Below are positions 35,023 through 46,360 of a stretch of 64,000 nucleotides of DNA, in pieces. The notes beneath the pieces are model-generated. The model was not told where the DNA came from. It searched no databases and worked only from the letters and a program-made list of their open reading frames with translations. The DNA comes from a virus. Position 1 is the stretch's first letter. Each line of letters starts with the position of its first letter. The stretch spans positions 12,123 to 76,122 of the IMG/VR virus record IMGVR_UViG_3300024999_000081. One strand, given 5' to 3'. A program made the position numbers and the translations under genes.

Positions 35023-35778
35023 AGTATTTGATAAGGAATCAGAAATTAAAAATGAGAGGATGGAAGATTAATCTGTGTTCGATTTCTGCTTATGTGAATA
35101 CTCCGATTGCATACAATCAATGGTATGTAGTAGATTCTTATATAAAAATTCTTCTAATCCTGTTTATATTAAATTTAAAAACATCTGTTCAAAAGATGAC
35201 AATTGGCAATGGTTTTATGGAGATAGAAGTAAGATGATGGTTCAAGTAGAATTGATTGAAGATAAAGAAGGTGAATAAAAACATTTGAGTGTTAATTTAA
35301 GTGGTGCAGACTTCAATAAATATTTTATCATCAAACAAGAAGATATGATTAAACATGCTTCAGAACAAGATAGGATAGATTTAGCAAGAATACTTAAAAA
35401 TATTAGAATCAGTAGATATAAATTCAATAAGAATACAGGAAATAAATATCTCGTTATTAATGTTGATGAGAGTTATGCAGAAGATGTTGTGGAGATTTTG
35501 AAGAAGAAAAATCATTGGAAGTAATTGAAGGGAGGTGATACATATGGATTATGATTGTATGGACATTTTTGATGAAGTTAGAGAGTTGAAGGTATTGTTA
35601 GATAAATTCCCTAATTTAAACAAAGAAGAATGGGAGCAATTGAGAGTTTTAGCAAATAATATTAGTGTTGATGCAAAGAGTGTATTGTATGATTGGGGAA
35701 AGTAGACTCAATTAAAACAATCTTTTTAACCTATAATGACCTGTAAATACTAAAATAAAAATATTGGGGGATACATAA

Positions 35779-38700
35779 TTGACAAAAATGAATGATAATG
35801 TAGAAAAACTTTTAGAAAAAAGATATTACTTGAGAGATAATAATGATAATTTTACGGAACATTCATGGTCAGACATATCTCAAAGAATCGCAAATAGTAT
35901 TGCTCAAGCTGAAAATGAAAAGGATATTCCTTATTACATAAAACAATTTTATAATAAGATCAATGATATGGAGTTCATTCCTTCTTCTCCGTGTATCTTT
36001 AACGCAGGAACACCTTCCCAATCATTGAGTTCATGTTTTGTAGTAGATATTGAAGATAATATTGAAGGTATCTTTTCCACTGTTGCAGAATGTGCAAAGA
36101 TTTTTCAAATGAGTGGCGGAGCAGGATTCTCAATGAGAAAGATTCGCCCCAAAGGTTCATTGTGCAAATCATCTGGTTCTAATGCTTCAGGAGTATGTTC
36201 TTTTATGCATGTTTTTAATGAAGTTGTAAATAGGGTTAAACAAGGAAATAAAAGAAATGGTGCATTAAAAATCGACCTACCTTGTACTCATCCAGAGATT
36301 TTTGATTTTATTCACTCTAAAGACATTACTGAAGATTTAAAAAACATGAATATATCCGTTAGTATCACAGATGAATTTGTTAAAGCAGTAGAAAATAGCG
36401 AAGACTGGGATTTAAAATTCAATGGATTAGTTTATCAAACAATCAAAGCAATTGATTTGTGGAATGAAATTATGCTATGCGCTTGGAAGACAGGGGAGCC
36501 AGGATTGAGTTATCAGTCCAATATGGATAAAGGAAATATGAATCCTCAATTAAATGAATCTGTATATGGTAATCCTTGTTTTTCTGGGGATATGAGATTA
36601 CTAACTGTAGATGGGTATAAAACATTTGAAGAATTATCTGAAACAACAGTTAAGATTATTAATTCAAATGGAGATATATCTGATAGTAATGTTTGGTGTA
36701 GTGGAGAGAAAGATACTATTGAATTAACAACCAGTAATAAGAAGAAAATTAGATGTACTCCAGATCATATTGTTATGCTGAACGATAATGAAGAATGTGA
36801 GATTCAATATGCTTTAAAGAAAAGAGTTATGCCATATCACGGAAAAACAAATGTTTCTAAAGATTTGTTTGTTCAATTAGGTTTCTTACAAGGAGATGGT
36901 GGCATTGGAAGAATTAATTCTGAAGCGCATCTTGGTTTAGAAATAAATATTGGAGAAAAAGATAAAGAAATATTTGAATTATTTAATATTGTGCCTATTG
37001 ATGGAAAAAAGGCATATTATACTAATGGATATAATAATACTTTAGTTAAGTATGGGTTTGACGGAAGTCCTTTGCCAGAAAGAGTATTTCCTATTACATA
37101 TACTAATTGGACAAAAGAACAAAAATTAAATTTCTTAAAAGGTTGTTATTCTGCAAATGGTTGTGTGATAAAGACGCATAGGATTTCTTATAAAACAACT
37201 TCTAAAGTATTCTCTTTGCAATTAAAAAAGGCATTAGAAGAGTTTGATATTGTTTCATATATTACTACCAATAAACCTACAATGGTAAAGTTTACAAATG
37301 GTGATTATCTGTGTAAAGAAAGTTATGATATAAATATTGGTAGATTAGATGATGTAATTTTCTTCTATCAAAATATTGGGTTTATGCAACAATATAAAAT
37401 AAATGATCTTGTAGATTTAATTAAACTAAAAAGCCCAAAAATAATGACCATGAAGCAGTTGGGAAAACAAAAGGTTTATGACTTTTCAGAACCATTGACA
37501 CATTGGGGAGTAGTAGAAGGATTAGTAGTACATAATTGTCATGAATATGTCAATATTCCATATTCTTCATGCAACTTAGCTTCGGTAAATCTTAAAAAAG
37601 TAATTGAACACAGCAAAGTAAATTGGTTTAAATTAAAAGAAAATATTGAATTAACTTTCAGATTCCTAGATGACATGATTACCATGAATAGACTTCCTCT
37701 TGAAAAGATTAAAACTATTACACATCTAATTAGACCAATAGGGCTTGGGACAATGGGTTTTGCTCAATTACTATATGAATTAAAAATACCTTATAATTCT
37801 CAAGAATGCTTAGACTTTATTGATGTGCTATATGGTTTTATTGAGAAAACGTGTCTTGAATACAATGTAAAACTTGGAAAAGAAAGAGGAATCTATCCTG
37901 CATGGAAGGGAAGTAAATGGGAAGAAGAAAACCTTGAAGTTAGATGCTCTAGTATGACTAGTATTGCTCCAAATGGAAGTATTGCATTTATTGCGGATAC
38001 AACAGGGGGAATCGAGCCTCAATTTGCCCTTGTCTACAAGCGCAGAGACAAAGAAAATGATGAATATATGGTTGCAGATAGTGTTTTCGAAAATTATCTC
38101 AAAGAGAATGGTCTTTACACAAAAGAGATATTAGATAAAATTAATGAAAATAAAGGTTCTATTAAAGGATTGGATAGCATATTCACTCAAGAAATACAAA
38201 ACATATTTGTAACTGCAAATGATATTTCACCAGAATGGCATGTGAAAGTATTAGCACAAATACAGAAATACATATGTTTAAGTATCTCCAAGACAGTCAA
38301 TTTGCCAAATAATGCAACTATAGAAGATGTAGGAAATGTATATTTAATGGCAGCTAAATTAGGAATCAAAGGTGTTACTGTATATCGCGATGGTTGCAGA
38401 TCCAATCAAATATTAAGTGTTGGAGAAGCAACTGAAGAAATTCCTAAACAAGAATTTGTTTTTCCTGCTGAGACATTAAAATATGCACATGCTGAAAGAT
38501 TCAAGGTTGATTCTGGATGTGGGAGTTTTTGGTTATTCTTATGTTTTGATGATAATGAAAATCTTAGAGAAATATTTTCTCAATCAGCAACTCAAGGAGG
38601 ATGCCAAGGTTTAACCGAAGCATTATCAAGAATGACTTCGTTGGCACTGAAATCTAATATCCATCCTGAAGTAATTATTGACCAACTTAAATCAGTTAGA

Positions 38701-38946
38701 TGTCCTGTTAGTATGATGATGAGAAAGGAAAAAGGATTGGATTCTAGGTCGTGTGCAGATGCAATTGGTAATGCTATTAGAGATTTTATCAAAGGTAAAG
38801 ATTTAAAAGTAGCAATAGTAAAAGAAACAAAAACCATTCAAATTGAAAATTCAGATTCAACTAAATGTCCTGAATGTGGTGCAGAATTAGGTATGACTGA
38901 GGGTTGCAGAACGTGTCCTAATTGCTTTTATAGTAAATGCTCATAA
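35779..38946 (+). CDS. nrdJ: Class II (adenosylcobalamin-dependent) ribonucleotide reductase with intein and C-terminal TSCPD-like/Zn-ribbon domain
   Basis: FIPSSPCIFNAG, LSSCFV, GEPG, NP-C-HEY after splicing, CNLASVN, SIAPNGS, SKTVNLP, KGVTVYRDGCR, SCADAI, EGCRTCPNCFYSKC; no nrdB partner nearby. Confidence 0.9.
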   Translation: MTKMNDNVEKLLEKRYYLRDNNDNFTEHSWSDISQRIANSIAQAENEKDIPYYIKQFYNKINDMEFIPSSPCIFNAGTPSQSLSSCFVVDIEDNIEGIFSTVAECAKIFQMSGGAGFSMRKIRPKGSLCKSSGSNASGVCSFMHVFNEVVNRVKQGNKRNGALKIDLPCTHPEIFDFIHSKDITEDLKNMNISVSITDEFVKAVENSEDWDLKFNGLVYQTIKAIDLWNEIMLCAWKTGEPGLSYQSNMDKGNMNPQLNESVYGNPCFSGDMRLLTVDGYKTFEELSETTVKIINSNGDISDSNVWCSGEKDTIELTTSNKKKIRCTPDHIVMLNDNEECEIQYALKKRVMPYHGKTNVSKDLFVQLGFLQGDGGIGRINSEAHLGLEINIGEKDKEIFELFNIVPIDGKKAYYTNGYNNTLVKYGFDGSPLPERVFPITYTNWTKEQKLNFLKGCYSANGCVIKTHRISYKTTSKVFSLQLKKALEEFDIVSYITTNKPTMVKFTNGDYLCKESYDINIGRLDDVIFFYQNIGFMQQYKINDLVDLIKLKSPKIMTMKQLGKQKVYDFSEPLTHWGVVEGLVVHNCHEYVNIPYSSCNLASVNLKKVIEHSKVNWFKLKENIELTFRFLDDMITMNRLPLEKIKTITHLIRPIGLGTMGFAQLLYELKIPYNSQECLDFIDVLYGFIEKTCLEYNVKLGKERGIYPAWKGSKWEEENLEVRCSSMTSIAPNGSIAFIADTTGGIEPQFALVYKRRDKENDEYMVADSVFENYLKENGLYTKEILDKINENKGSIKGLDSIFTQEIQNIFVTANDISPEWHVKVLAQIQKYICLSISKTVNLPNNATIEDVGNVYLMAAKLGIKGVTVYRDGCRSNQILSVGEATEEIPKQEFVFPAETLKYAHAERFKVDSGCGSFWLFLCFDDNENLREIFSQSATQGGCQGLTEALSRMTSLALKSNIHPEVIIDQLKSVRCPVSMMMRKEKGLDSRSCADAIGNAIRDFIKGKDLKVAIVKETKTIQIENSDSTKCPECGAELGMTEGCRTCPNCFYSKCS
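36577..37536 (+). mobile_element. Intein (320 aa) with LAGLIDADG homing endonuclease, inserted at the RNR catalytic NPCxE cysteine
   Basis: Starts CFSGD, block B CTPDH, LGFLQGDG and FLKGCYSANG motifs, ends VYDF...VVHN/C. Confidence 0.92.
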
Positions 38947-38973
38947 TAATAAAATGAAAAGAGGAAAATTAAA

Positions 38974-39576
38974 ATGAATAAAGAACAATTAAAAGCTAAA
39001 TATGGTGACGTAGAAGTATTTGTAGTAAGTAATGAATTAACAAAGGATTTTGATACATTTGTTGAATTAGATAAAGATAATAAATATAGTGATATCTTTA
39101 ATTCAGTAGGTAAATTTATTCCTCGATATGATGCAGAATTAAATCTTGAAAATCGTCAAATCATTCCTTATTGTTTAGTAAAATGTGGCGATAATTATTT
39201 TATTACTCGCAGACTTGAAGGTGATGCAAGACTCACAGGTAAATATTCTCTTGGTGTAGGAGGTCATTTAGAGCGCGTAGATGGAACAGATAATGATTAT
39301 ATTAAGTCTGGCATGATGAGAGAATTAGACGAAGAAATTGACATTAAGTCTAGTATTAAATCTATTGATCTAATTGGTATGATTTGCTCAAATAATACAG
39401 AAGTTGACTCAGTGCATTTGGGTCTAGTGTATGTAGTGGAAGTTGCCGGATTAGATGTTAGTGTTAAAGAAACCGACACTTTAGTTGGTGATTGGATTTC
39501 TAAAAATGATTTACTTAATTTTGAAGGAGAACTAGAATCTTGGAGTAAAATTGCTGTAGAACATTTTATTAAGTAA
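38974..39576 (+). CDS. Nudix-family hydrolase
   Basis: RQIIPY, GVGGHLE...GMMRELDEEI, VHLG, LESWS. Confidence 0.85.
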   Translation: MNKEQLKAKYGDVEVFVVSNELTKDFDTFVELDKDNKYSDIFNSVGKFIPRYDAELNLENRQIIPYCLVKCGDNYFITRRLEGDARLTGKYSLGVGGHLERVDGTDNDYIKSGMMRELDEEIDIKSSIKSIDLIGMICSNNTEVDSVHLGLVYVVEVAGLDVSVKETDTLVGDWISKNDLLNFEGELESWSKIAVEHFIK

Positions 39577-39586
39577 ATAAAAACAT

Positions 39587-39620
39587 GGTAGTAGTAAGGT
39601 TTAATTTCCTTACTGCTACC
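39587..39620 (+). terminator. Stem-loop
   Basis: GGTAGTAGTAAGG-tttaattt-CCTTACTGCTACC. Confidence 0.5.
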
Positions 39621-39642
39621 TCATAAAAAGAAAGGATAAAAA

Positions 39643-40410
39643 ATGATAGGATTACAAGAATTAATTATAGAACGAAAAATAATAATTACTCATTTAGCAA
39701 GGGAATTAGGGATTAGACCAGAACGTATTTGGGACTGGATTAAGAAGAATAAAGTTCCTAAAGATTGTTTAAGCATGTTAACAGATAAATTTAATGTAGG
39801 AGAAGAATATTTAAATAAAGTGGTAAATAATATCAATACATATCAACCAAAAAAATTTGGATTTTGCAATGAATACATAATCGAAGGAAATATTACAAAA
39901 TTAATTCTCAATAGGAAGAAAGGTGATAATTTAATTGCTTTAATAGACACTGAAGATTTGCAAAGATTGAAGGAGTATGGTCGTACTTGGACCGCTAGTT
40001 ATAGGGAAAATATAGATAATTATTATGTATCAACAAATATACGAGATAATAATCCAAATACAAAATCAAAGTATAAGTCAGTATTACTTCATCAATTTAT
40101 TGCAGGAATGCCAGATAATTGTGTGGTTGATCATAGAAATTCACAATATACATTAGATAACAGAAAAGAAAATTTGCGTTCAACAGCATATAATAATAAT
40201 TCTTCCAATAGAAAAGGAGCAAATAAAAATAGTAAAACAAGTGTACGAAATGTTTGTTATAATGGAGAAAAAACAGAGTATTGGGAACAATTTATGAGGA
40301 AAGGAGAAAGATTTAAATGGATATTCCCACTTGATCAATTTGAAGAAGCATGTAAATTTGCCGAAATAAAAAGAAAAGAAATATTTGGAGAATTTGCTGG
40401 TGAAGGATAA
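39643..40410 (+). CDS. HTH-HNH homing endonuclease with AP2-like C-terminus
   Basis: N-terminal XRE-like HTH; LHQFI..VVDHRN..LDNRKENLR..N..N; RKEIFGEFA. Confidence 0.8.
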   Translation: MIGLQELIIERKIIITHLARELGIRPERIWDWIKKNKVPKDCLSMLTDKFNVGEEYLNKVVNNINTYQPKKFGFCNEYIIEGNITKLILNRKKGDNLIALIDTEDLQRLKEYGRTWTASYRENIDNYYVSTNIRDNNPNTKSKYKSVLLHQFIAGMPDNCVVDHRNSQYTLDNRKENLRSTAYNNNSSNRKGANKNSKTSVRNVCYNGEKTEYWEQFMRKGERFKWIFPLDQFEEACKFAEIKRKEIFGEFAGEG

Positions 40411-40465
40411 ATAAAAATCCCATAAGCTAAACATTTCAAACCATTCTAACAGGAGGTAAAACAAA

Positions 40466-40876
40466 GTGAATAAACATAACTCAGAACTATTAACCAAAGA
40501 AGAAATAGATAGTCTTCTACAAGTTCTTTCTGAAGGGTATCCCAAAGAAGAATCAAGTTCTATTAAAATCAATTATAATCCAGTTAATAAGATGAAATTG
40601 ATCACGGATATTATTGATAAGAATAGATATAGTGAAAAATATTTCTCATGGTGTATTGCTGATGAAATTAATCATATTTACAAAAATGCAGGAAAAGAAT
40701 TTTCATCAATAAGTTTGGAATTTCTTAATAAGAATACACTAAATTTCTCTATTTCAGATGAAAAGGTAAAGTTATTTACAAATATTTTTGATGATAATCC
40801 TGATCTTATACTTAATAAATCAGATTTAATAAGACTTAATATTATAATTCAAAAAATTATTGCACAAATGAAATAA
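40466..40876 (+). CDS. Hypothetical protein with FliM-like N-terminal peptide
   Basis: GGAGG RBS; LLTKEEIDSLLQVLSEG. Confidence 0.55.
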   Translation: MNKHNSELLTKEEIDSLLQVLSEGYPKEESSSIKINYNPVNKMKLITDIIDKNRYSEKYFSWCIADEINHIYKNAGKEFSSISLEFLNKNTLNFSISDEKVKLFTNIFDDNPDLILNKSDLIRLNIIIQKIIAQMK

Positions 40877-41283
40877 AATTAAAAGGAGAGAATGATCAAT
40901 AAAAACATTAAATCCACAAAAGTCTGAAGAATTATGGAAAGAAATAAAAAACATTGAATATCTTGTTTCTAAATTAGGCGGTTGTGTTCAAAATCCAGAC
41001 TTTGTAAACGAAGAAAATGCAGTAGAAAATTATAGATTTTTCTTAAATGATTATACAAAACTAATTGATAGATTGAGAATTTTAAGAGAAAATATCGCAA
41101 TATTACATGAAGATATTATTATAAATAATTAATATAAAGAGTATACTTTAATATATTAAAAGGAGTTACATCAAAAATGAAACAATGTGTACATTTCGAC
41201 AGTGGAGTTTGCTATTCACCTGATTGGGAAGAACCATATTCATTACTAAATATTTCATTAATTTATTTTTTCCTGTCATTTAA

Positions 41284-41541
41284 CTAATCCTCCTTAATAA
41301 ATTCAATAATATCCATTAAGGCATAAGTTCTTAGAGCATCTTTATCTACATCAAATACATCCATTAACCATTGCTCTGTTTTGTGGTAATCGGTATTGCC
41401 ATAATAAATAGTTTGAGGAATAATTGTTCTAATTCCAATATTACCTTGCCAATTTTTATATTTTACTTTGATTGAAGTAGTTGGAATATAATGAGGACAT
41501 GAATTTTTATGATTTAACAAGCATCCTTCTCCAAATCCAGA
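41284..41541 (-). pseudogene. WYL-like domain coding segment in inverted orientation, detached from its 5' end
   Basis: IKVKYKNWQGNIGIRTIIP...QWLMDVFDVDKDALRTYALMDI; no own RBS/start on the minus strand. Confidence 0.65.
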
Positions 41542-42485
41542 TAGGTTTAAATTAAATAGACTTATTACAACTTGTAAGGACAATTCTAGGTGCGCTGAAT
41601 GTTGGAAATTAGAACTGGAGGAAGAATTTAATGAATAAACTACCAGAACCAAAATGGGATAAACCTCCTGTAAACAATAATAAAATAAATATGGAAGATA
41701 AATTATTAGAATTAAAAGAACAATTCTGCAAATGGTATTGTTTAAATAAATCAACAGGAATTAAAGATTATGATGAAGAGATTTTAGATAAGCAATTCGT
41801 TTGTAAAATTTGTCAAATCACAGAGTATATAACTTTCATAAGAGATGAGTTATAATGTTCACCATTTCGCTTAAATAAACATAAAATAAAACAGACAGAA
41901 GGGAGGTGAATAAATAAGAAAGGAGAATAATTATGATGAAAGAATTAAAAGGATGGTTAATTAACGAAATAAATTCTATCAATATAGATTATCATAATGA
42001 AAGTACCTATGCTTGGTCAAAAGGATATAAGAAATCTTTATTAGAAACTTTGGATACTATTAAAAGAATTGAAAAGAATAAATCAAATACCAAGAAATGA
42101 TAGTTTAAAAGGATGTGAAATTATTGGCAAAAAACATAGTCGTTTATGGTTAAACTGTAGAAAAATCATTCAATAAATTACAGGAATTACTTGACAATAT
42201 GAATCCAAAAGATATTAGAAAAGTTATAAAAACGTCTCTTAATACTAGTATATTTACTATTGAATTAAATAATGGAGATTACTACAAAGCAATAAGAGCA
42301 AGTGATAGTGCTAGAGGATATAAATGGCAGTATGCGTATATAGATAAGGATATTAATCGAGAATCACTTGATCATGTTGTTTTTTGTAAATTTATACCTG
42401 AGTATGGTACTGAAGATTATTATAATTATGATAAAAATTTTAAAGATTACTATGAGTGGTATTAAATAATAAAGGAGAATAAATA

Positions 42486-43183
42486 ATGTCAATAAGAACT
42501 GAACAAATTGATGTGTCATTTAACCTAAAACTTAAAAAAGACCTACAAGAACATGAAGTTATTTGTTCTCACTGTAGAGGTACAGGACTTCAAGTAGATG
42601 ATAATCCTTTTGGTATTAAAGAAGAAAATAGTAAAATTCATTTTCCATATAAACAACAAACCATTGTTGGTTGTCGACATTGTTATAATGGAGTTCAAAG
42701 TAAATGTTTATATTGTGATAAAATTCTTGATAGAGGAACTTCTAGATGTGATTGTAAACAGTCAAATTTAGAACGCATTCAAGAACAATATGAAAAAGAT
42801 GTAGATACATGGAATAAAGCAAAGAAAATATCTTATGAACAAGCAATAAAAGATAATATTATGATTTATATTGACAATTATGATAAATATCTCATGGCTG
42901 AAAAATTAGAGGAATGGATAGAAGATAAAGAAAGTGAAGCAGACCAATCAATATGTCGTGAAGAATTAAGAGTTTATGGTACACAATCAATTGAATTATC
43001 TATGGACGCATATAAATTATTGAAGATGCTTGTAGTGATTTACATGAAGATGCAATGGATAATATCTCAGATGAAGATCAAAAAGAACTTCAAGTATTAT
43101 TAGATAAGTGGTGTGAAGAGAATAAACAAGGAACTACTACTTATTATGCTGATTTTAGTGTTGGGATATTATTAAGGATGTGA
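42486..43183 (+). pseudogene. DnaJ-type zinc-finger protein, frameshifted near 43012
   Basis: CSHCRGTG, CRHCYNG; continues IIEDACSDLHEDAMD... in another frame. Confidence 0.6.
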
Positions 43184-43748
43184 TTAAACTTTGGAATCTT
43201 GGAAACATTGTGCTAAAACTTGGTATTGTATTGATATTTCATTAGCAATAAAAAATATTAAATATTAAATCTGGCTCTATTGTAAAATGTAAAATAAATG
43301 ATGAAGGTTATTTGTTTAATATTCCTGATAAAGTAAATCCAAATATAACTCCAGAAATGATTAAGAATGGAAAATGGTATGTTTATACTTGGTCTGATTA
43401 GGTTAATTAAAATAATGATTTTATTTGAAAGGAGTTAAACTTATGACAGCAGAAATTTATTATCATAATGAATTTGAAATCATTTAATCTTTAATTATTA
43501 TCAATAAAGGAGGAAACACCATAGATATTCTACTCTACAACTCCAAAGACGAAGTAGTAACCGCATACACCTCTAACAATCATAATTATCAAAAACAATG
43601 ACCAAATCGCAATTAAAGAAAGCAATAAAAACTACAAAGTTGTTGATATCAATAAGTATCGTGTTATGGGCAGAGAGCAGTATGTAGCATTGGAATTAAA
43701 AGTTATTAAATCATAAATCATAAAATAATTATTAAGGAGTGAAATAAA

Positions 43749-45489
43749 ATGCTTGATATAAATATTCTAATTACTCAATTACAAGAGCAATTAGAATCAT
43801 CTAATCAAGAGTTAGATAATATTAGAACAGAAATTCTTGAATTAGGAATTAAAAGAGACATACGTAAATCACACATCAAAGAAATTCAAAATCAAATTAC
43901 GCAAATTCAAGCCGATCAATATGAAAAAGAAGCACAGAAGAGACTAATCAGAAAAGGATACACTTTTATTGGCAAGACAGATAAAATGAATCCACAAGGA
44001 ATTTATGCAGAATGTGACAAATGTCATCAGTATCTTTTATTGTTTGAATATGGAACTGGGATTGGTTCTACATATAAAGGCGTATGTCCTGAGTGTGATA
44101 TTGTAATTGATTTCACTGATTATAAGAGTTGGTAGGAGGTTATTTTATTATGTATAAACAATGTAATATTATTGAATGTATACATAATCAAGCAAATTCA
44201 ATTGCTTTATGTTTAGGATTAGGATTAGAAAAGTTGGATTGTGATTATATGAATGTTTGTTGGTTAAATCAAGATGTACAATGCAATAGTCTTAATTGTT
44301 TAAAATATAAAGTATCTAAAGTGAAATAAGTAATATAAAATATTTTATTATTTCACTTTGCCGCATATTAATGAAATAAAATTTAAAAGGAGAATGATTA
44401 ATATGAGAAATAATGTAAATATATTAAACAAAGAGATTTTAACCAAAGAGGAATTAGAAGCAAAACATTATGACAGAATGATGGAATTCTTAATTGCTGA
44501 TTTTGAGGGTAAAGATTTTAACGAGTGTGATATTATTCTTAGACAAATTATTAAGGTCGCATACGATTTGTTGAATGAACCTGATGTTATGAAGTAGAAT
44601 TGATTTGAGAGCGACAGAAAGGCGTGTAGGTTGGATTAGAATTTTGTTCGGGTGGGAATTATTTGTGAATGGTTAGATAGGCAAATTAGAGGAGGAATAC
44701 ATATGTTAGTAAAAATTGGAGACAAAATTTATGACTCTACTCAAGTCCCTATTTTATTAATATTTGATGCAAAAGAAATTAAGGATATGCAAAATTTAGC
44801 AGACAACAATCATAAATATTGTTCATGTCCAGATGATACAGAGGAGAAAGATATTGTAGAATTTATGAGAACTGATGATGTAGAAATTGAGATTACTGGT
44901 TATGTAAGGTATTAAATTGACTTTGTGTATAAAGTAATATATAATATCATTAGTTGGAATACATATAAAATAAATTGTAGAGGTGGTGAAAATTATAGCA
45001 AAGGGAAAAAGTTTATTGAGTCAAACTAGTAAACCAAAAAAACAAGATAAATATGACGAAACATCATCTATAGTAAAAGAATATGAATTTAATATAGATG
45101 ATAGAGTTGTATTTTTAGGATTGGTTAGTGACTATAGAGGACTAGAATGTATAATTGTAAAAAGAACTATGAAAAAGAAGACAACGGATTATTATGCTGT
45201 AAAGTTCGATGATGGAAATGTAATTGAATCTGTTGTTTATGGGTTTTTAAGAACTCCTGAACAATATGAATTAGAGTTAGAAGAGCAAAAAAATAAAAAC
45301 GAAGATGATCATAGTGATTTACCTGAAATTGAGTTAGAAATGATTAAACATGGGATAGAAAGTCATAAGAACTATCATTCTTGTCTTTCACCATTAAATT
45401 TCCACTATATGGATTGTATTTCTTGTACTTATAAATCAAAATGTGTATACGAAAACAAATTTGATTATAAAAAAGCTAAATTTAATTAG
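43749..45489 (+). other. Small accessory ORFs (Zn-ribbon/coiled-coil 43749-44135, 44150-44329, 44403-44597, 44702-44915, 44983-45489)
   Basis: RBS-led ORFs; promoter TTGACT-17-TATAAT at 44917-44945. Confidence 0.6.
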
Positions 45490-45660
45490 GAGAGGAAGAT
45501 TATATGATTAAAGTAACATTATTAAATCCAGTGCAAATTAAAAATATATTTAAGGAATGGGGAGGAGATAAAAATAATTAAAGATAAAACAGGCGAAACT
45601 TCAGTAAATAAATTTGGATCATTATTAACAATTGTAAAATATAATAATGCAAGAAATATT

Positions 45661-46320
45661 ATGGTTCAATTCGAGAATGGATATGTTGTACCAAAAACAA
45701 GATATGAATTTTTCGTAAAAGGGAATATTACTAGTCCATATGATAAAACTGTCCATAATGTAGGATATTTTGGTGAAGGAGAATATAAATCAAGTTTTAA
45801 TGGTAAACAAACAAAACAATATGCATATTGGCATCAGATGATGAATAGGTGTTATGCCTCATTTTATAATATAGAGGCATATAAATATTGTACTGTTTGT
45901 GAAGAGTGGCATAATTATCAAGTGTTTGCTAAATGGTATGATGAGAATTATTATGAAGTACAAAACGAAGTCATGTGTTTAGATAAAGATATCTTAATCA
46001 AAGGGAATAAGATTTATAGTCCGGAGACTTGCGTTTTTGTACCTCAATATATAAATACTTTATTTATTAAAACATTAGAAAGAAAAAATGAATTACCAAT
46101 AGGGGTTGTTTTAGATAAAAATAAAAATCGAAAGAAAAGGTATAGAGCTTCTGCTGATAAAATATTTATAGGAATGTTTGAAACTCCTGAAGAAGCTTTT
46201 AATGGTTATAAGAATGTCAAAGAATTACATATTAAGCAAGTTACAGATAAATATAAAAAATATATACCTAAAATATTGTATGATGCAATGTATAATTATA
46301 AGGTAGAAATAACTGACTAA
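45661..46320 (+). CDS. HNH-type homing endonuclease (frame is open about 30 codons upstream; true start probably earlier)
   Basis: WHQMMNRCY, VCEEWHNYQVFAKW, LDKDILIKGNKIYSPETCVFVP, GMFETPEEAF. Confidence 0.8.
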   Translation: MVQFENGYVVPKTRYEFFVKGNITSPYDKTVHNVGYFGEGEYKSSFNGKQTKQYAYWHQMMNRCYASFYNIEAYKYCTVCEEWHNYQVFAKWYDENYYEVQNEVMCLDKDILIKGNKIYSPETCVFVPQYINTLFIKTLERKNELPIGVVLDKNKNRKKRYRASADKIFIGMFETPEEAFNGYKNVKELHIKQVTDKYKKYIPKILYDAMYNYKVEITD

Positions 46321-46360
46321 ATACATATGTAATATTTAATTAGAGAGGAAGATACTATAA

